This document shows, in pieces, positions 1 through 10,478 of a DNA stretch of 56,349 nucleotides. Where the stretch lies: positions 1 through 56,349 of IMG/VR virus record IMGVR_UViG_3300020477_000031; one strand, 5' to 3'. A program made the translations under genes and the position numbers. The number at the start of each line of letters is the position of its first letter. Position 1 is the stretch's first letter. Under the pieces are notes generated by a model. That model was not told the origin of the DNA, made no database searches, and was given only the letters and a program-made list of their open reading frames with translations. This stretch comes from a virus. Taxonomy: Duplodnaviria > Caudoviricetes.

Positions 1-2392
1 GTTATTTGAAGTCAATGAAGCTAATGTTACTAAATCTTTGGCAAAAGCAGCTATTGGTTGGAAGTCACGACCTTATATATTTTTTATAGTAGATAAAAAT
101 GGTAATGAAGTAGTTGGTGGTGAAGCGAAACAAGCAAGAACAGCTTATAATAATATGCATGATATTCTAAAAGACCAACCATATAAAAGAGGTGATTTAG
201 CTATTATTGATAAAAGAAATATGAAAATTATAAATCCAGCAAGCATATGGGGGAGTCAAGGATTTCAAGGATTTAAAAATAAATCAATAATGAAAAAATT
301 GGGTTTGAAAGAAATAGAAGTTCCAATTAAAATTGGCGATACGGTTCTAATGGGTAAGTTTAAAAATAAAAAAGTTGTTATTAAATCTATTGATTGGAAT
401 GAAAAGGGTGATTTGATGATAAATGGAAGGCCGGCATTAAAGTTTAGAATGTTAAAAACGGATGTTGAGGAAGATGTTAATGTTACCAAGAAAAAAGGAA
501 AAGATGGGGGTGATTATCGTGACTATGATGCCGAATCTGATTCTGATTGGGAACAACCTGCTAGAGGTGAAAATTCTAAATATGTCAATCAAAAGAAATT
601 AAAAAAAGAAACTATTGAAGATTTTCTTGTTAAATTTGATATAAAAGATATAATTGATGAAGTTAATAGCACAACATCTACTGGTGGTGCAGCTATCGTG
701 GATGATGGACCAAGTGCATTTGTGGGTGGTATTGGAGGTTATGCTGGTAGAAATAAAAAATTGGCACAACAATTGGGATTTGATGTTGTCAATTATATTT
801 TTGATGTCGATGTGGAAAGTGTACCCCCTACAAAAAATGATTTAGAAAATGATAGGGTAGATTCAGTTTCATATTTTCCTGCAGGTGATGCTAATGTATT
901 GACACCAAATAATCAACAAGATTTGGCTGGATCGAAGGCTATGAAAATTTGGAAAAATTATATAAAAAATGTAGCAACAACAGCTGGTATGAAATTATTA
1001 CAATATATGGATAGTGATGAAGAAAAAATTGCTAAAAAAGATTCCGTAGATTTATTAAAAACACAAAAACAAGATTTAAAAAAAGAAAGTATTTTAACTA
1101 AGGATTGGTGGGGAAAAATAATTAATGAAGAATTAGTTGCAAAAAATGTTTTAAAACCAAGAAGGAAGGAGTTATTACTTATGGGAGGAGCTTATGGTCA
1201 CATGGCACATCCTTTTGATGACAAAGATTTAACTTTTGGTGATTTGAAAAAAATTATCACATTAGGTTTAGGTGGTCAATTAAATAGAGAAGATAATGTT
1301 ACGGAAAAACTTGATGGGCAAAATCTTATGGTTTCTTGGATAGATGGGAAGTTAAGAATAGCAAGAAATAAAGGACATATAAAGAATTTTGGAAAAACAT
1401 CATTAGATGTCAGTGGTATAAAATCAAAATTTGAAGGTAGAGGTGAAATAGCAAACGCATTTAATTTTGCTGTTACAGATTTATCTAAATCTATAAAAGG
1501 TTTATCACAAAAACAAAAAGATAAAATTTTTGATAATGGTAAGAATTGGATGAATTTAGAAGTAATGTGGCCAGCATCAGCAAATGTAATTGATTATGAT
1601 GTTACTCAAATTGTATTTCATGGTGCGTTAAAATATGATGAAAGTGGAAGTGTGATAGGTAGTGTTACAGATAGTGCTAGAATGTTAGCTGGTATGATTC
1701 AACAAATCAATCAACATATTCAGAAAAAATATTCAATAGGAAAACCAGTTGGTTTAACAATCCCAAAACATCAAGATTTCGGTAAAATGAAAAAGAAATT
1801 TTTATCAAGATTACAGAAATTACAATCTAAATTTGGAATGAAAGATAATGATACTTTAGCTTTATATCACCAATATTGGTGGGCTGATTTTATTAAAAAG
1901 AAAAATAAAAAAATAGATTTAAAAGTGTTAAAAGGATTAATAAACAGATGGGCATTTTTTAATAAATCATATTCAATAGGCAATATGAAAAAAGATATAA
2001 AAGATGAGAAGTTTTTACAATGGGCATTGAAATTTGATAAACAAGACCATGCTAGACAAGTAAAGGAAAACATGAAACCTTTTGAAGTTCTTTTCTTTGA
2101 AGTGGGAGCTGAAATATTGAAAAATGTTCAAGGATTCATAGCAGCAAATCCAGATAAATCGGTTCAAAATGTTAAGAAAAAATTATCAGCAGCTATATCA
2201 GATGTAAAGTCCGGTGGTGATTTAAAGAAATTAAATAGGCTGAAGGTTCAGTTAGATAGATTGAATGCTATCGGTGGGTTGGATTCAATAGTTCCTTCAG
2301 AGGGAATTGTGTTTAAATATAAGGGAAACACTTATAAATTTACAGGAGCTTTTGCTCCAGTAAATCAAATAACAGGTTTAATGAGTTTTTAA
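1..2392 (+). CDS. 5'-truncated modular protein with C-terminal ligase-like nucleotidyltransferase domain (DUF6267-like)
   Basis: The frame is open from the window start, so the TTG at 38 is probably not the real start. The C-terminal part begins LLLMGGAYGHMAHPFDD and carries VTEKLDGQN (KxDG motif I), EGIVF (motif IV) and YKFTG (motif V-like). Confidence 0.65.
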   Translation, partial: LFEVNEANVTKSLAKAAIGWKSRPYIFFIVDKNGNEVVGGEAKQARTAYNNMHDILKDQPYKRGDLAIIDKRNMKIINPASIWGSQGFQGFKNKSIMKKLGLKEIEVPIKIGDTVLMGKFKNKKVVIKSIDWNEKGDLMINGRPALKFRMLKTDVEEDVNVTKKKGKDGGDYRDYDAESDSDWEQPARGENSKYVNQKKLKKETIEDFLVKFDIKDIIDEVNSTTSTGGAAIVDDGPSAFVGGIGGYAGRNKKLAQQLGFDVVNYIFDVDVESVPPTKNDLENDRVDSVSYFPAGDANVLTPNNQQDLAGSKAMKIWKNYIKNVATTAGMKLLQYMDSDEEKIAKKDSVDLLKTQKQDLKKESILTKDWWGKIINEELVAKNVLKPRRKELLLMGGAYGHMAHPFDDKDLTFGDLKKIITLGLGGQLNREDNVTEKLDGQNLMVSWIDGKLRIARNKGHIKNFGKTSLDVSGIKSKFEGRGEIANAFNFAVTDLSKSIKGLSQKQKDKIFDNGKNWMNLEVMWPASANVIDYDVTQIVFHGALKYDESGSVIGSVTDSARMLAGMIQQINQHIQKKYSIGKPVGLTIPKHQDFGKMKKKFLSRLQKLQSKFGMKDNDTLALYHQYWWADFIKKKNKKIDLKVLKGLINRWAFFNKSYSIGNMKKDIKDEKFLQWALKFDKQDHARQVKENMKPFEVLFFEVGAEILKNVQGFIAANPDKSVQNVKKKLSAAISDVKSGGDLKKLNRLKVQLDRLNAIGGLDSIVPSEGIVFKYKGNTYKFTGAFAPVNQITGLMSF

Positions 2393-2422
2393 ACTATTTA
2401 TATATATAAATAAGAGGGTATT

Positions 2423-2929
2423 ATGAGTAGTAAAAGTAGAAATATAGAAAAAGTTAAAAGTATGTTAAAAGGTACTTATGTACCAGAACGTAAAATTCAA
2501 GTGGCTACACATATCGATGAAAATGTGCATGAAGGTAGAAAAATTGGTGAAACATGGGAAGATTCTGATGGTGTAAAATGGGAACAAAAAAATGGTTATA
2601 GGATGAAAGTTTCTAAATTAGCTGATAGAGGTATAGCTGATAAATGTAATACATGTGAATATTATATTATAAAGGAATGGGATAAACAATCTTATAATGG
2701 ATTTGGTAATTGTATGAAATGTCAAATAGATTTTGAATCAAAATTAAAATTATATCCAATTAAATATAATAGTTGGGTTAGATTGATGGAATTAAATAGA
2801 ATGGATTCTATTAATGCTGAATTTGAAAAAATTATATTTGAAAAGAGTGATGAAATAAGTCCATTTGATATGACAATTGTAAATGCAATAGCTAACGAAA
2901 ATAGGAAAGATGGGGGAATTAAATTATGA
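2423..2929 (+). CDS. hypothetical protein with two CxxC pairs (Zn-binding?)
   Basis: CNTC and CMKC; GAGGG upstream. Confidence 0.6.
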   Translation: MSSKSRNIEKVKSMLKGTYVPERKIQVATHIDENVHEGRKIGETWEDSDGVKWEQKNGYRMKVSKLADRGIADKCNTCEYYIIKEWDKQSYNGFGNCMKCQIDFESKLKLYPIKYNSWVRLMELNRMDSINAEFEKIIFEKSDEISPFDMTIVNAIANENRKDGGIKL

Positions 2930-3105
2930 ATTTAGCAAGTAAAAAATTATTATGTGCAGGTGTATGTTTTTTAGCAGCAACTGCTTTCGTTGTTTTGGGA
3001 AAAGCTGAGTTTCAAGCTTGGGCTGATTTCACTAAATGGATATTTGGTATCTATGCGGCAGGTAATGTTGGTGAACATGCATCTAAAACATTAAGTACTA
3101 AATAG
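2926..3105 (+). CDS. 59-aa two-TM membrane protein, holin-like (not in ORF track)
   Basis: MNLASKKLLCAGVCFLAATAFVVLGKAEFQAWADFTKWIFGIYAAGNVGEHASKTLSTK*. ATGA overlap with the upstream stop; abuts the next ATG. Confidence 0.7.
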   Translation: MNLASKKLLCAGVCFLAATAFVVLGKAEFQAWADFTKWIFGIYAAGNVGEHASKTLSTK

Positions 3106-3390
3106 ATGGATCCATATACTAAATATTATGATTTAATTTTAGAATGTGATAATCTCGATGAAGCTAAGAAAAAATGGGTAATTCGCAAAGGTAAGGCTAA
3201 GAAAAAAACATTTTGTCCACCTGGTCAAAAGGAAAAGGCTGGTAGATGTGTTCCGATGAAATCAAAGGAAAGATCTAAGAGAAAAATGAAAGCTAAAAAA
3301 TCTGCTTTAAAGAGAAAAAGTAAGATGACAAGAATAAATAAAAAAAGAAAAAAATCCATGAAAAAAAGAAAATCTCGTGGTTGGAAATAA
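3106..3390 (+). CDS. very basic K/R-rich small protein (putative DNA-binding head protein)
   Basis: Short acidic N-terminus ending LDE, followed by a K/R-rich body. Confidence 0.6.
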   Translation: MDPYTKYYDLILECDNLDEAKKKWVIRKGKAKKKTFCPPGQKEKAGRCVPMKSKERSKRKMKAKKSALKRKSKMTRINKKRKKSMKKRKSRGWK

Positions 3391-3392
3391 CT

Positions 3393-3848
3393 ATGATTAA
3401 GTTAAAAAATTTAATTAATGATTGGAATGATAAATCATTCGAAAATGCACCAAAAAGATGGAGCTCTAAGTATGGTGAATCCTTAACAGAATTTGAAAAA
3501 ATGGGCGGTAAGGATATTGTAACTGAAGGAAAGAATGAATACGCTTCTATCTACAATATGAAAGAAGAAATGAAAGAGGGTAAGTTTGATCCAAAGAATC
3601 CAAGTATTAATGTACATGGACTTGGTGTATATAGTCTAAAATTATTAGAAAAGGCAATTAAGAGAGATTTGGTAAGTGCTGCTAATGATTTGGGATTTGA
3701 ATCAGGAGCAAAAAATTTGAATTATCATTTATATGGAAAGCATAAACCATTGCAATCTAAAATAAAAGGATTGTGGGAAGTGTATCAACAAATGAATACA
3801 TCTCAGTATAAAAGAGCTGTAACTATGTATAAGAGGAAAAAAAGATGA
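3393..3848 (+). CDS. hypothetical protein with MIKLK leader
   Basis: ATG at 3393 (MIKLKNLIN) matches the leader family and follows the upstream stop. Confidence 0.6.
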   Translation: MIKLKNLINDWNDKSFENAPKRWSSKYGESLTEFEKMGGKDIVTEGKNEYASIYNMKEEMKEGKFDPKNPSINVHGLGVYSLKLLEKAIKRDLVSAANDLGFESGAKNLNYHLYGKHKPLQSKIKGLWEVYQQMNTSQYKRAVTMYKRKKR

Positions 3849-4075
3849 AATTAACTAAATCAAAACTTAAAGAAATTATTAAAGAAGAAATTAAATCTAT
3901 GCTTAGTGAAGGATTTGAAATAGGCTCTGAAACTGATAAAATAAAAAAATCACAAATATCTAATCAACTTGGGTATAAGATGGTCGGTGAAGTAGATAAA
4001 CCTACATTCGATTTAAGAAAATCATCACAAAGGGGAGATTCAAAATTTCCAAGTGGTAATTTGAAGGAGAAATAA
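3845..4075 (+). CDS. hypothetical protein with MKLTKSKLKEIIKEE leader
   Basis: Leader shared with 13044 and 13411. Confidence 0.65.
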   Translation: MKLTKSKLKEIIKEEIKSMLSEGFEIGSETDKIKKSQISNQLGYKMVGEVDKPTFDLRKSSQRGDSKFPSGNLKEK

Positions 4076-4077
4076 TC

Positions 4078-4392
4078 ATGAAAGCATTAAAATGGATATT
4101 AGGTATATTAGCTGGTTTAAGTGGTGTAATTGCACTTTTTGCGGGAAACAAAAGTAGTAAAAAGGTAAAACAAATTAAAAATGATATTAAAAGTAATGAA
4201 GAAAAAACTAAAAAAATAGATAAAAAGATTGAAGAATATAAAACTGGACAAGCTGCATTAAAAGAAACACAAAAAAATTATGCAAAAGCGATAAAAGAAA
4301 TGAAAAAGAAAAAAGAATATAAACCTAAAGATGTAGGTGCTAAAGAAGCAGCTGATTTTTTAAAAAAATATTCTAAAAAAGGTAAAAAATGA
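4078..4392 (+). CDS. N-terminal TM plus coiled coil, i-spanin-like
   Basis: WILGILAGLSGVIALFAG followed by a K/E-rich helix; overlaps the next gene. Confidence 0.5.
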   Translation: MKALKWILGILAGLSGVIALFAGNKSSKKVKQIKNDIKSNEEKTKKIDKKIEEYKTGQAALKETQKNYAKAIKEMKKKKEYKPKDVGAKEAADFLKKYSKKGKK

Positions 4393-4775
4393 TTAAAAAA
4401 ATAGTATCAACTATATTAATAATATCTTTAATTACTGCACAAATACCATGTGATGGTCATTGTTTTTCTGATGAAGAAGTTCAATCGTTAAGAAATTCAA
4501 TATTGACATTGGAAAATTCAGATAGTTTGAATACAGAAATTATCGAAAAATTAGAAAAACAAATATATATGTATATACAATATCAAACGAATGATAGTGT
4601 TATGATTTCTTTATATGAGGAAAAAATTGATTTGTTAGAAAAAAGAGTAGATTTATACAAAGATTTGACAAAAGAAGTTAAACCAAAATGGTACGAAAAT
4701 AAATATCTTTGGTTTGGATATGGTGTAATCAGTATAATTTTACCAACATGGGTGTTAGGCAATGTCACAAAGTAA
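4389..4775 (+). CDS. signal peptide, coiled coil and C-terminal TM; spanin-like partner
   Basis: Hydrophobic N-terminus, CDGHC, coiled coil, then PKWYENKYLWFGYGVISIILPTWV. Confidence 0.45.
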   Translation: MIKKIVSTILIISLITAQIPCDGHCFSDEEVQSLRNSILTLENSDSLNTEIIEKLEKQIYMYIQYQTNDSVMISLYEEKIDLLEKRVDLYKDLTKEVKPKWYENKYLWFGYGVISIILPTWVLGNVTK

Positions 4776-6378
4776 ATTAAAACAAGCGATTAAACGAGAA
4801 TATATAGAGTGTGTACAAAATCCAATACACTTTATGAGAAAATATTGCACAATTCAACATCCCAAAGAAGGTAAAATAAAATTCGATTTATATGATTTCC
4901 AAGAAAAATGCTTAACAGAATTTACAAATAATAGATATAACATAATTCTTAAATCAAGGCAATTAGGTATATCAACTCTTTCAGCTGGATATGCATTATG
5001 GACAATGTTATTTCACAATGATAAAAATATTCTTGTGATTGCTACTGGTAAAGATGTGGCAAAAAATCTTGTTACTAAAGTACGTGTGATGTATGATGGT
5101 TTACCTACTTGGTTAAAAACCAATACGGAAGAAATAAACAAATTATCTATACGATTTACAAATGGTTCACAAATTAAAGCAATCGCTTCTAATGAATCAG
5201 CTGGTCGTTCTGAAGCATTATCACTTTTAATAATTGATGAAGCTGCGTTTATTGATAAGGTAGATGTAATATGGACTGCGGCGCAACAAACACTAGCAAC
5301 TGGTGGTGATTCAATAGTTCTTTCTACACCCAATGGTGTGGGTAATTGGTTTCACAAACAATGGGTTGGGGCAGAAGATGGAACGAATGAATTTAATACT
5401 ATAAGATTACATTGGACCAATCATCCAGATAGAGATCAAGATTGGAGAGATGAACAAGATAAGGTATTAGGTCCATCACAAGCGGCACAAGAATGTGATG
5501 CTGACTTCCTAACTTCTGGACAATCAGTTGTTGATCCAGCCATATTACAATGGTATAAAGATACTATGGTTTCCAAACCTGTTTTGGAAGAAGGTATCGA
5601 TAGGAATTTGTGGATATGGGAACAACCAAATTATACTAAAGATTATATAGTGGTTGCTGATGTGGCTCGTGGTGATGGTAAAGATTATTCAGCTACACAA
5701 GTGTTTGAAGTGGAAAATATGGAACAGGTTGCCGAATATAAAGGACAATTATCTACAACTGATTATGGTCATTTTTTGATAGATTTAGCGACTAGATATA
5801 ATGATGCTTTATTGGTGGTGGAAAATAATAATATTGGGTGGGCTACATTACAAACTATTATTGATAGAGGATACAAAAATTTATTTTATCAATCAAAAGA
5901 TATGCAGTATGTTGATACTGAAAATCAAATAAACAATAAGTATAGATCTCAAGATAGAAGTATGGTAGTTGGTTTTTCAACAACATTGAAAACAAGGCCA
6001 CTTATTATAGCTAAGATGGAAGAATATACAAGAGAAAAAATGGTTAAATTACATTCAAATAGACTTTTGGATGAATTATTCGTTTTTATTTATAAAACTG
6101 GTGTATCTCAATCTAAAGCGGAAGCAATGGATGGATATAATGATGATTTGGTTATGTCATACTCTATAGCTCTATGGATAAGAGATACAGCGTTGAGGTT
6201 ACAAAAAGACAAGAACGATCAACAAAGATTTATGATGGATGCTATGTTAGATAACAATGGTAATAAGGATTACACTGCAGGATTTAGTGTCGGTAATAAT
6301 AATAAACCTAAATCAAATCCATACGAAGTGGAACTCAGTGATGGTGAAAAAGAAGATTTAAGATGGCTCATAAGGTAA
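4762..6378 (+). CDS. terL: terminase large subunit (T4 gp17-like)
   Basis: LYDFQ Q-motif, KSRQLGIST Walker A, LLIIDEAAF Walker B, STPNG, nuclease VADVARG...DYS and NDDLVM. Confidence 0.96.
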   Translation: MSQSKLKQAIKREYIECVQNPIHFMRKYCTIQHPKEGKIKFDLYDFQEKCLTEFTNNRYNIILKSRQLGISTLSAGYALWTMLFHNDKNILVIATGKDVAKNLVTKVRVMYDGLPTWLKTNTEEINKLSIRFTNGSQIKAIASNESAGRSEALSLLIIDEAAFIDKVDVIWTAAQQTLATGGDSIVLSTPNGVGNWFHKQWVGAEDGTNEFNTIRLHWTNHPDRDQDWRDEQDKVLGPSQAAQECDADFLTSGQSVVDPAILQWYKDTMVSKPVLEEGIDRNLWIWEQPNYTKDYIVVADVARGDGKDYSATQVFEVENMEQVAEYKGQLSTTDYGHFLIDLATRYNDALLVVENNNIGWATLQTIIDRGYKNLFYQSKDMQYVDTENQINNKYRSQDRSMVVGFSTTLKTRPLIIAKMEEYTREKMVKLHSNRLLDELFVFIYKTGVSQSKAEAMDGYNDDLVMSYSIALWIRDTALRLQKDKNDQQRFMMDAMLDNNGNKDYTAGFSVGNNNKPKSNPYEVELSDGEKEDLRWLIR

Positions 6379-6410
6379 AAGGTTATAATTTAATTAAATA
6401 AGGGGAAATA

Positions 6411-8180
6411 ATGGCTGATAATATTTTTAATAGATTGGGAAATTTATTCCAATCAAATATTATTCTTAGAAAAAGAGATGATGATAAATTAGTTGTAAAA
6501 GATTTGAATTTATCACAAATCGGCTTGACTAATAATATGGTGGATAGATTCAATAGATTGATGAAATCTTCTTATCATGGAGGATCCTATGCTAAGACAC
6601 AACAAGCTACTTATATTATGCAGAGACATGAATTATTCAGAGATTATGAATTGATGGATAATGATCCTATTATATCTTCGGCTTTAGATGTTTATGCTGA
6701 TGAATCTACAGTAGATAATGTGTCAGGTGAAATATTAAATATTAAAACTGAAAATAGAAAGTTATATGAAATATTACATAATTTGTTTTATGATATATTA
6801 AACATAGAATTTAATTTATGGTCTTGGATACGGAATTTAAGTAAATATGGAGATTTCTTTTTACAACTTGATATAGTAGATAAATATGGTGTTGTAAATA
6901 TTAAACCATTATCTGCTTACGATGTTGAAAGATTGGAAGATCATGATGAAATGAACCCTAACTTAATTCAATTTGTTTTATATGGTGATAGCAAAGAATT
7001 GAAAGAATCATATGAAGTTGCACACTTCAGGATGTTATCTGATGCTAATTATTTACCTTATGGTAAATCTATGATAGAAGGTGCTAGAAGAGTATTTAAA
7101 CAATTAACTCTTATGGAAGATGCTATGTTGATTCATAGAATTATGAGAGCTCCAGAAAAAAGAATATTCAAAGTAGACATTGGAAATATACCACCCAATG
7201 AAGTTGAAAACTTCATGAATAAAATGATAAATAAAATGAAAAAAACACCTGTTATTGATAATAAGACTGGTGAATATAATTTAAGGTATAATATACAATC
7301 TGTAACTGAAGATTTCTTTTTACCTGTTCGTGGTGGTGATAGTGGAACATCAATAGATACATTACAAGGATTGTCTAATGATGGTCAAATAGATGATATA
7401 GAATATTTAAGAAATAAACTTATGGCAGCTTTAAGAATACCAAAAGCATTTCTTGGATATGAAGAAGGTGTTGGAAGTAAAGCAACACTTGCAGCAGAAG
7501 ATGTTAGATTCGCGAGAACTATTGAAAGAGTACAAAAGATTATTTGTTCTGAATTAGAAAAAATTGCAATTGTTCATTTATATACACAAGGATTTGATGA
7601 TAAAGAACTTTTAAATTTTGAATTGGAATTAACAAACCCGTCAATGATTCATATGCAGGAAAAACTTGAATTGTTAACACAACAAGTTGATGTGGCTAAT
7701 AATATTATTGAAAATAAAATATTATCTCGTGAATGGATATATGAAAATTTATTTGAATTTAATAAACATGAAAAACATAGTGTTAAAGCACAAATAATTG
7801 AAGATCAAAAAGATAAATTTAGATATTCACAAATAGAAATGGAAGGTAATGATCCAGCAAAATCTGGTGAAAAGGTTGATACTGAAGGTGATTCTATGCA
7901 AGAAGGTGACTGGGGAGGTTCTGAAAAAGATCCTGCTAAATTTGATATTAATCCTCATGGTGCCAATAAGGAAGATTTAAAAAAGGCTACATCTTATGAT
8001 AGAGAACGATATGGTAAAAGAGATTTTAAACATGGAAGTCCATTACATCCTGGTAAAGGAGCTACTTTAATGAAGTCCGAATCCAGATTTAGTGGTATTT
8101 TAGGTGATTTGAAAAAGAAATATGATAAGAAGATTAAATCTGCTAGTATTTTAAATGAAGAATCATTAATTGATGATTAA
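6411..8180 (+). CDS. portal protein (T4 gp20-like)
   Basis: LMEDAMLIHRIMRAPEKRIFKVDIGN, EDFFLPVRGG, DIEYL..KL.AALRIP. Confidence 0.95.
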   Translation: MADNIFNRLGNLFQSNIILRKRDDDKLVVKDLNLSQIGLTNNMVDRFNRLMKSSYHGGSYAKTQQATYIMQRHELFRDYELMDNDPIISSALDVYADESTVDNVSGEILNIKTENRKLYEILHNLFYDILNIEFNLWSWIRNLSKYGDFFLQLDIVDKYGVVNIKPLSAYDVERLEDHDEMNPNLIQFVLYGDSKELKESYEVAHFRMLSDANYLPYGKSMIEGARRVFKQLTLMEDAMLIHRIMRAPEKRIFKVDIGNIPPNEVENFMNKMINKMKKTPVIDNKTGEYNLRYNIQSVTEDFFLPVRGGDSGTSIDTLQGLSNDGQIDDIEYLRNKLMAALRIPKAFLGYEEGVGSKATLAAEDVRFARTIERVQKIICSELEKIAIVHLYTQGFDDKELLNFELELTNPSMIHMQEKLELLTQQVDVANNIIENKILSREWIYENLFEFNKHEKHSVKAQIIEDQKDKFRYSQIEMEGNDPAKSGEKVDTEGDSMQEGDWGGSEKDPAKFDINPHGANKEDLKKATSYDRERYGKRDFKHGSPLHPGKGATLMKSESRFSGILGDLKKKYDKKIKSASILNEESLIDD

Positions 8181-8286
8181 TTTTTTAAATAATAATAATA
8201 TAAATAGTGATAAAATCAAATTATTTAATAAAACAATTATATTTATATATGAAAAATTGTATTTACAAGTATTGGAGATATAAATT

Positions 8287-9171
8287 ATGAGAAAAAAGAT
8301 AAAACATTCTAAATTAAAAAATACTGCTATAATTTTTGAGTGCTTGGTTAGACAAATTACAGCGGATATTTTTGAAAAAAAGAATGGGAGTAAAGCTGCT
8401 AATATAATAAAGAAATTCTTTAACGAAAATACTGAATTGGGTAAAGAATTGGCTTTATATAATGTATTATCCAATGCAAAATTTAAATCGGATAAAAAAG
8501 CTGATTTTTTAATAACAGAATCTATAAAAGATTATAAATCTATAGTAAAATCTAAATTAAAAAAAGAAAAATATAATTTAATAAATGAAATTAATAGAAA
8601 TTATAATATAGATAAATTATTGTCTTCCAAAATAGATGAATATAAGGTTTATGCATCAATTTATAAATTATTTGAATATGGTGAATCATTGAAACCAAAT
8701 GATAAGACCGAAATATATTTTAATATATTGGAAAATATAACTACCAATAATAAATTAAATAATTTAAAAATGAAAGAAATGATTTCTTCCAAAAAAACTT
8801 CTGATGTGATGAATGATTCTGATTTAAGGATTTTAACATACAAAACATTATTAGAAAAATTTAATGATAAATATTCTAGTTTAAATTCAAATCAAAGACA
8901 ATTATTGAGAGCTTATATCAATAATATAAGCAATTTAAATTCATTGAAGGAATATATACAAAAAAGGATACCAAATTTAAAAGAAAATTTAAAGAAACAT
9001 TTAAAAACTGTTGATAATAAAATTGTTAAGATAAAATTAAATGAATCTATTAATATATTATCTGGTTTATGTAAATCTAATAAAAGTTCTGTCAATGATA
9101 AGACAGTCATAACTATGTTAAGATATTATGAACTTTTAAAAGAGTTGAAATTACATGAAAATAAGAAATAA
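8287..9171 (+). CDS. conserved hypothetical head-module protein
   Basis: Long ORF with a GGAG SD and a TATTTAT box upstream; lies between portal and protease. Confidence 0.65.
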   Translation: MRKKIKHSKLKNTAIIFECLVRQITADIFEKKNGSKAANIIKKFFNENTELGKELALYNVLSNAKFKSDKKADFLITESIKDYKSIVKSKLKKEKYNLINEINRNYNIDKLLSSKIDEYKVYASIYKLFEYGESLKPNDKTEIYFNILENITTNNKLNNLKMKEMISSKKTSDVMNDSDLRILTYKTLLEKFNDKYSSLNSNQRQLLRAYINNISNLNSLKEYIQKRIPNLKENLKKHLKTVDNKIVKIKLNESINILSGLCKSNKSSVNDKTVITMLRYYELLKELKLHENKK

Positions 9172-9475
9172 AAAGGAATTAAAGGAATTAGTCAAAAATT
9201 TATTTGAAGAAATAAAAAAGGACGAAGAAGAAATAGAAGAAGTTAATGTTACTTCTGATATAGAGGGGTATAATACCCCATTTGCTTTTAGTGGTAAAAG
9301 TGGTGTAGATAAAAAGAAAAGAAGACGATATTCTACTAATAGTACTGGTTATAAAATGGTGAACGAAGAATTAGACAGTAAAGATTTATCTTTAATTAAA
9401 ACTTTGATACGTGATGTTATTTCTGATGTATTACGTGATATTTGGTTAAAGAGAAACGCATGGAAGGGGAAATAA
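9155..9475 (+). CDS. hypothetical protein (ELKELVK leader, GYNTPFAF motif)
   Basis: Overlapping operon ORF. Confidence 0.6.
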   Translation: MKIRNKKELKELVKNLFEEIKKDEEEIEEVNVTSDIEGYNTPFAFSGKSGVDKKKRRRYSTNSTGYKMVNEELDSKDLSLIKTLIRDVISDVLRDIWLKRNAWKGK

Positions 9476-9478
9476 GAT

Positions 9479-9838
9479 ATGGCATATGTAAATTCAGATT
9501 CAATAGTAGGACATCCTTTATCTGGATCTAATAAAACTGTACAGGCACAACGTGAATATACTTTGGATCCACATGTAAAAACACCAACTGGTAATGTGGT
9601 TGAAGTAAGACCAGCTTCTGTTATAATAAAAGAAGGTGTGGATGTGGGTGATATATCATTTAATTTTACAACTACTGGATCCGTTGGAAATACCATTGGT
9701 ACTGATGATGGATCTTGGGTTAATTTTGGTCATAAATTTACTGGATCTAATGCAGAATTGGATATACAACCGACAGCTTGGAAGGGTAGTGTGTTACAAA
9801 CTGCTGGTGCTGTTATATTTGTCTATAAAAAAGTTTAA
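9479..9838 (+). CDS. small beta-rich virion protein (decoration-like?)
   Basis: G/S/T/V-rich with repeated xGS motifs, like the structural proteins. Confidence 0.5.
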   Translation: MAYVNSDSIVGHPLSGSNKTVQAQREYTLDPHVKTPTGNVVEVRPASVIIKEGVDVGDISFNFTTTGSVGNTIGTDDGSWVNFGHKFTGSNAELDIQPTAWKGSVLQTAGAVIFVYKKV

Positions 9839-9849
9839 AGGAGTATAAA

Positions 9850-10476
9850 ATGTCAAAACAAATATTAGTAGATTACATACCATTTGAAGTGGAGCCAGAA
9901 CAAATTAATGAATCTATAACACGTAATGGTGGTAAATTAATTGTTTCTGGTGTTCTTCAAAGAGCTAATGCAAAAAATCAAAATGGTCGTATATATCCAA
10001 GAGAAACCCTAATGAGAGAAGCTGATAAGTATGCACAAGTTCAAATTAGAGAAAGAAGAGCTCTTGGTGAACTTGATCATCCTGATTCTTCTGTTGTGAA
10101 TTTAAATAATGTATCACATAATGTTAGAGAGATGCATTGGAAAGGTGATGATTTACTTGGAACGGTTGAAGTTCTCTCTACTCCAGCTGGGAATATATTG
10201 AAAGAATTATTCAAGTCAGGTATTAAACTAGGTATATCATCGAGAGGTTTAGGTTCGGTTGAAGAATTAAGTGAAGCTGAAGATGGTGAAAATCCAACTG
10301 TAAAAGTTAAAGATGACTTTGAATTGATTGCATTTGATTTTGTATCGAATCCATCTACACAAGGTGCTTTTTTATCACCTATGAGAGAAAGTGTGGGTGA
10401 AAATAATTCAGTTAATAAATGTGGTAAGTATTGTAAAGTAGAATCTATTATAAATGATATACTTCGTGGAGAATAA
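9850..10476 (+). CDS. prohead core protease (T4 gp21-like)
   Basis: NQNGRIYP, ALGELDHP, VSH, GISSRGLGS, FDFVSNPSTQGA. Confidence 0.96.
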   Translation: MSKQILVDYIPFEVEPEQINESITRNGGKLIVSGVLQRANAKNQNGRIYPRETLMREADKYAQVQIRERRALGELDHPDSSVVNLNNVSHNVREMHWKGDDLLGTVEVLSTPAGNILKELFKSGIKLGISSRGLGSVEELSEAEDGENPTVKVKDDFELIAFDFVSNPSTQGAFLSPMRESVGENNSVNKCGKYCKVESIINDILRGE

Positions 10477-10478
10477 TT

